The translations under genes were made by a program, and so were the position numbers. A stretch of 64,000 nt of DNA from an uncultured Muribaculaceae bacterium (GTDB lineage: Bacteria > Bacteroidota > Bacteroidia > Bacteroidales > UBA932): contig CAYIYT010000002.1 in the NCBI GenBank assembly GCA_964367735.1, positions 4,958 to 68,957 of the forward strand, in the 5' to 3' direction. The notes under the pieces are model-generated. The model was not told where the DNA came from and searched no databases. It was given only the letters and a program-made list of their open reading frames with translations. Each line of letters begins with the position of its first letter. The first letter of the stretch is position 1. Positions 60,221-64,000 of this stretch are shown here, piece after piece.

Positions 60221-62347
60221 ATGCGACCAAAATTTACAGAATTAAAATATACAGGGGCACCCGCAATTGCTAATGACGAGCAATCTGTGTGGATGACCTC
60301 GGAGCAGATTGGCCTCAAAAGCACATATACTGCAAAAGATCTGGAAGGAATGGAACATTTGAACTATGCTGCAGGTATACCTCCATTTTTGAGGGGGCCA
60401 TACAGTACAATGTTTGTAATGAGACCTTGGACAGTAAGACAATATGCTGGTTTCTCTACAGCAGAGGAATCAAATGCTTTTTACCGCCGTAATCTTGCTG
60501 CTGGGCAAAAAGGGCTTTCAGTAGCATTCGACCTTGCAACTCACCGAGGCTACGATGCCGACCATCCTAGAGTAGAAGGAGACGTTGGTAAAGCAGGAGT
60601 AAGCATTTGCAGTGTAGAGGATATGAAAGTTCTTTTCGACCAAATACCTCTAGATAAGATGTCTGTTTCCATGACAATGAACGGAGCAGTTTTACCTATT
60701 CTAGCCTTCTACATTGTAGCAGGTCTAGAGCAAGGAGCAAAACTAGAAGAACTAGCTGGAACAATTCAGAACGATATTCTTAAAGAGTTCATGGTAAGAA
60801 ATACTTATATCTATCCACCAGAATTTTCTATGAAAATTATTGGAGATATATTCTCTTACACAGCTCAAAACATGCCTAAGTTTAACTCAATTTCAATATC
60901 GGGTTACCATATGCAAGAGGCAGGTGCCACTTGTGATATTGAGATGGCATATACTTTGGCCGATGGTCTTGAGTACCTTAGAACAGGTATCGCAGCAGGT
61001 ATGGGTGTAGATCAATTTGCACCTCGTCTCTCGTTCTTCTGGGCTATTGGTATGAACCACTTTATGGAAATTGCAAAAATGCGTGCAGCCAGAATGATTT
61101 GGGCCAAACTTGTAAAACAGTTCAATCCAAAGAGTGCAAAATCTATGTCTTTAAGGACTCACTCTCAAACATCGGGATGGTCTTTAACTGAGCAAGATCC
61201 ATATAACAACGTAGCTCGTACATGTATAGAAGCAATGGCAGCAGCATTGGGTCACACTCAATCTTTGCACACCAACGCATTAGACGAGGCAATTGCACTT
61301 CCAACCGATTTCTCGGCACGTATTGCAAGAAATACTCAAATCTATATCCAAGAAGAGACCAACATAACTAAATCTCTAGACCCATGGGCAGGTTCTTACT
61401 ATGTAGAGAAGCTAACTGCCGAGATTGCAGATAGAGCGTGGAGTCTTATAGAAGAGGTAGAGAAACTCGGCGGAATGGCCAAGGCTATAGAAACTGGTAT
61501 TCCTAAGCTAAGAATTGAAGAAGCTGCCGCTCGTAAACAGGCAAAAATTGACTCTAGCTTAGATACAATTGTAGGTTTGAATAAATATCGCCTAGAGAAA
61601 GAAGATCCTTTAGAGATTCTAGATATAGACAATAGTAAAGTTCGTGAATCACAAATCTTAAGGCTAAACGAACTTCGTGCAAACCGTAATGATGCCAAAG
61701 TTAAAGCAGCTCTTGCAGCAATTACAAAAGCAGCTCGCGAGAAAAATGGTAACTTATTGGCACTCGCAATAGAGGCAGCAAAAGAGAGAGCTACTCTTGG
61801 CGAAATTTCTGATGCATGCGAAGAGGTAGCTGGAAGATACAAAGCAGTAATACGTATGAACACAGGAGTATATTCTAGCGAAGTTAAAAACGACGATAGT
61901 TTTAACACGGCTAAAGAACTAGTGGCAGAATTTGCAAAAATAGAAGGACGCCAACCAAGGATTATGATAGCAAAACTTGGGCAAGATGGTCACGACCGTG
62001 GTGCGAAAGTAGTAGCTACCGGTTATGCCGACTGCGGTTTTGACGTAGATATGGGCCCTCTATTCCAAACTCCAGAAGAGGCTGCCAAGCAAGCAGTAGA
62101 AAATGACGTACACATAATAGGTATCTCTTCACTTGCTGCTGGACATAAAACTTTAGTACCTCAGGTAATTTCTGAACTTAAGAAGCACGGTCGCGAAGAC
62201 ATTATGGTTATTGTAGGTGGGGTTATTCCTGCACAAGACTACGATCAACTATATAAAGATGGAGCCGCAGGCATTTTTGGCCCTGGTACATCTGTTACAG
62301 GCGCCGCAGTGAAACTTATGGAACTGTTAATGCAAAAATTCGAATAA
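60221..62347 (+). CDS. mutB: Methylmalonyl-CoA mutase large (catalytic, B12-binding) subunit
   Basis: [27 protein letters not shown]12 motif [15 protein letters not shown]. Confidence 0.98.
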   Translation: MRPKFTELKYTGAPAIANDEQSVWMTSEQIGLKSTYTAKDLEGMEHLNYAAGIPPFLRGPYSTMFVMRPWTVRQYAGFSTAEESNAFYRRNLAAGQKGLSVAFDLATHRGYDADHPRVEGDVGKAGVSICSVEDMKVLFDQIPLDKMSVSMTMNGAVLPILAFYIVAGLEQGAKLEELAGTIQNDILKEFMVRNTYIYPPEFSMKIIGDIFSYTAQNMPKFNSISISGYHMQEAGATCDIEMAYTLADGLEYLRTGIAAGMGVDQFAPRLSFFWAIGMNHFMEIAKMRAARMIWAKLVKQFNPKSAKSMSLRTHSQTSGWSLTEQDPYNNVARTCIEAMAAALGHTQSLHTNALDEAIALPTDFSARIARNTQIYIQEETNITKSLDPWAGSYYVEKLTAEIADRAWSLIEEVEKLGGMAKAIETGIPKLRIEEAAARKQAKIDSSLDTIVGLNKYRLEKEDPLEILDIDNSKVRESQILRLNELRANRNDAKVKAALAAITKAAREKNGNLLALAIEAAKERATLGEISDACEEVAGRYKAVIRMNTGVYSSEVKNDDSFNTAKELVAEFAKIEGRQPRIMIAKLGQDGHDRGAKVVATGYADCGFDVDMGPLFQTPEEAAKQAVENDVHIIGISSLAAGHKTLVPQVISELKKHGREDIMVIVGGVIPAQDYDQLYKDGAAGIFGPGTSVTGAAVKLMELLMQKFE

Positions 62348-62368
62348 TTTTTCGATATTAACATAATT

Positions 62369-62406
62369 AAAAAACTGGTAGCTATAATATAGCTACCAGT
62401 TTTTTT
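62369..62406. terminator. Bidirectional intrinsic terminator between mutB and the SpoIIE gene
   Basis: AAAAAACTGGTAGCTAT-aat-ATAGCTACCAGTTTTTTT. Confidence 0.92.
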
Positions 62407-62438
62407 ATACTTAACCTTCAAGATAATTTTGGGAGAGT

Positions 62439-63638
62439 TTAGATATACTTGATTTTAACTTTATTCATAAAAACTTTCTCTAAAACTACTTTAAGGCGTC
62501 TTATTAGATTTCTTCTTATTTCCATCTCTACGGGGAGTGAAGGATCGTAGTGGGCTTCGTTTATACGAGTTCCCATTAAGAAATCTATAACATCGGAATC
62601 CATAATTATTTTCAAGATCTCTCCAGCAGGAGAATTTTCGGGAACATCTCCCTCTTTATAATTTTGAATAATATCTGCTAAGTGGCCCAATGTGAGAATA
62701 CCTTCGGTAACAAGCTCTGCCCCTTCCATACGAGCCGATGTTGGAAGATTGGTTTTTACATGTTGCCTACCATCGCCAATAACTTTACGGTTAAGTTCTC
62801 TTGCAAGAATTTGAGCAGTAGTACCACCGCAAACAATTTTCTTTCCAGGATAGGTGTCAAAAGCCTCAGCCATTTTTTTATCGTTACCGGGATCGAATGG
62901 AGGCCCAGTACAAATGAGCAAACGCCTTGGTGCCCTAAGATATATGACACCACAAGTTATATCGTCTTTAGCTTCGAATAGATCGTTATGTATAGCTTTT
63001 TGCATTATTACCTTAGAAAGATCTCGAGCAGAAATATCTGGATGCTTCACTAGGTAATCTCTTACAAACTCAATAACCATTGGTCTCTCCCAGCCCATTG
63101 GTAATGTTCGCGACCCAAGCCCACTTTGAGTAACACCATCGCTCATCATTATAATACGATCTCCCTTAAAAAGCATGATTTTAGATTCTAGCAAAACTCT
63201 TTCTCCTTGCCGAGTATTTAGACGAATACTTTTTTTACGAGTCTCAATACAATGGTCGCCTCTAAAGATTATAAAATCGGGATTATCAAATTCCATTAAG
63301 TGTGCCTCGCCGTTGTAGTCAATTTCTGCTACAGAACAAGTTGCGTAACCTATATTCTTTACAGAATCTAATGGCAAAGTATCCATGATACTTGTCATAG
63401 AATCTTCTAGAGGGCTGTGTTGCATTCTGTAGTTTACTGCCATAGATGCAGTTAATGAACTTAGCACATTTGCTCTAATTCCACTACCCAACCCATCGGA
63501 TAATACTGCTATAAAACGCTCTTCTTCTTTAATATTTGCAGAGATAAAAGCATCTCCACCAACAACCTCGTCTTTCTTATACTGTTGTGAATGGGCAATT
63601 TCTATATAGAATCTCTCTTCATTTAGATCATATAACAT
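62439..63638 (-). CDS. SpoIIE/PP2C-type serine phosphatase (HfsC-like, hydrogenase-associated)
   Basis: GD, VLSDGLGSGIRANVLS, MSDGVTQSG, KDDITC, C-terminal GPP..D, VCGGTTA, LVTEGILTL. Confidence 0.88.
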   Translation of the reverse strand: MLYDLNEERFYIEIAHSQQYKKDEVVGGDAFISANIKEEERFIAVLSDGLGSGIRANVLSSLTASMAVNYRMQHSPLEDSMTSIMDTLPLDSVKNIGYATCSVAEIDYNGEAHLMEFDNPDFIIFRGDHCIETRKKSIRLNTRQGERVLLESKIMLFKGDRIIMMSDGVTQSGLGSRTLPMGWERPMVIEFVRDYLVKHPDISARDLSKVIMQKAIHNDLFEAKDDITCGVIYLRAPRRLLICTGPPFDPGNDKKMAEAFDTYPGKKIVCGGTTAQILARELNRKVIGDGRQHVKTNLPTSARMEGAELVTEGILTLGHLADIIQNYKEGDVPENSPAGEILKIIMDSDVIDFLMGTRINEAHYDPSLPVEMEIRRNLIRRLKVVLEKVFMNKVKIKYI

Positions 63639-63641
63639 ATC

Positions 63642-64000
63642 CTACTTTTTATCTGATCTTATAACAGTATTTAAAACACTCTCGGTATAAGATGCGCTCT
63701 CTCCAAGGATATAGGCTATTCTTTGAACCGATTCTGCGTTATGTTTTATAACCTCTCTTACTTTCTCGGAAATTAAATCTTTTACCAACTGAGAATCGTC
63801 CATATTTTGGATAATGCCACAAACAAGTTTATTTGCTTGGATACTCACAATTGAGAGCCTAATATTAGTATCATTTTCTCTAATGTCGAACTCGGCAGCC
63901 TCATCTCCACTATTAATTACAGCTTGAAAATATTTATGGTATGGGACTACTTTTTTAAGATCGGCTCCAGATAACCCGCCTAAAGCTTCAGATATCATTG
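63642..64000 (-). CDS. C-terminal fragment of a probable PAS-containing sensory [FeFe]-hydrogenase (HfsB/HydS-like)
   Basis: Terminal helix VI..N...VQRIAYILGESAS.TE..LN; ends 3 bp before the SpoIIE gene; H-cluster motifs would lie outside the window. Confidence 0.65.
   Translation of the reverse strand, partial: MISEALGGLSGADLKKVVPYHKYFQAVINSGDEAAEFDIRENDTNIRLSIVSIQANKLVCGIIQNMDDSQLVKDLISEKVREVIKHNAESVQRIAYILGESASYTESVLNTVIRSDKK

Noticed and set aside
59400-61341. Identical 23-bp sequence CGTATTGCAAGAAATACTCAAAT in mutA (59400-59422) and mutB (61319-61341)
   Set aside because: It encodes the conserved RIARNTQ motif of paralogous subunits using preferred codons; there is no sign of a mobile or recombination repeat
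426-63057. Numerous short antisense or alternate-frame ORFs in the ORF track (e.g. 426-950, 19940-20308, 48043-48441, 61399-61908)
   Set aside because: They lie wholly within well-supported genes, have no recognisable motifs, and are expected shadow ORFs

Overview
AT-rich chromosomal window from an anaerobic Bacteroidales-type bacterium, judged from TAnnTTTG -7 promoter boxes, a SusC/SusD pair and Bacteroidetes-type gene orders. It is mostly core genome: rpoB (partial)-rpoC, korA-korB-gdhA, nadK-uppS-bamA-skp-skp-murI-hppA, pdxJ, purC, trxB-bamD-rpoZ-coaBC-recN-nagB, tRNA-Phe/efp, dnaX-lptB, methylmalonyl-CoA mutase subunits, and the tail of a sensory [FeFe]-hydrogenase/SpoIIE phosphatase operon. 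I found no CRISPR array, integrase, transposase, reverse transcriptase or phage genes. The best candidates for uncharacterised biology are: (1) a coupled DUF2284 (Cys-rich) + DUF71/Dph6-like ATP pyrophosphatase pair with an AlkD-like gene beside the tRNA-Phe 3' end, possibly a corrinoid repair/salvage module on a relic islet rich in tandem duplications; (2) a CAZyme-free SusCD pair next to an M64 peptidase lipoprotein and glutamate-catabolic genes, a putative peptide utilisation locus; (3) a membrane LytTR/DUF6051 hydrolase divergon with phased direct repeats. All family assignments come from motif recognition by eye, not database searches.
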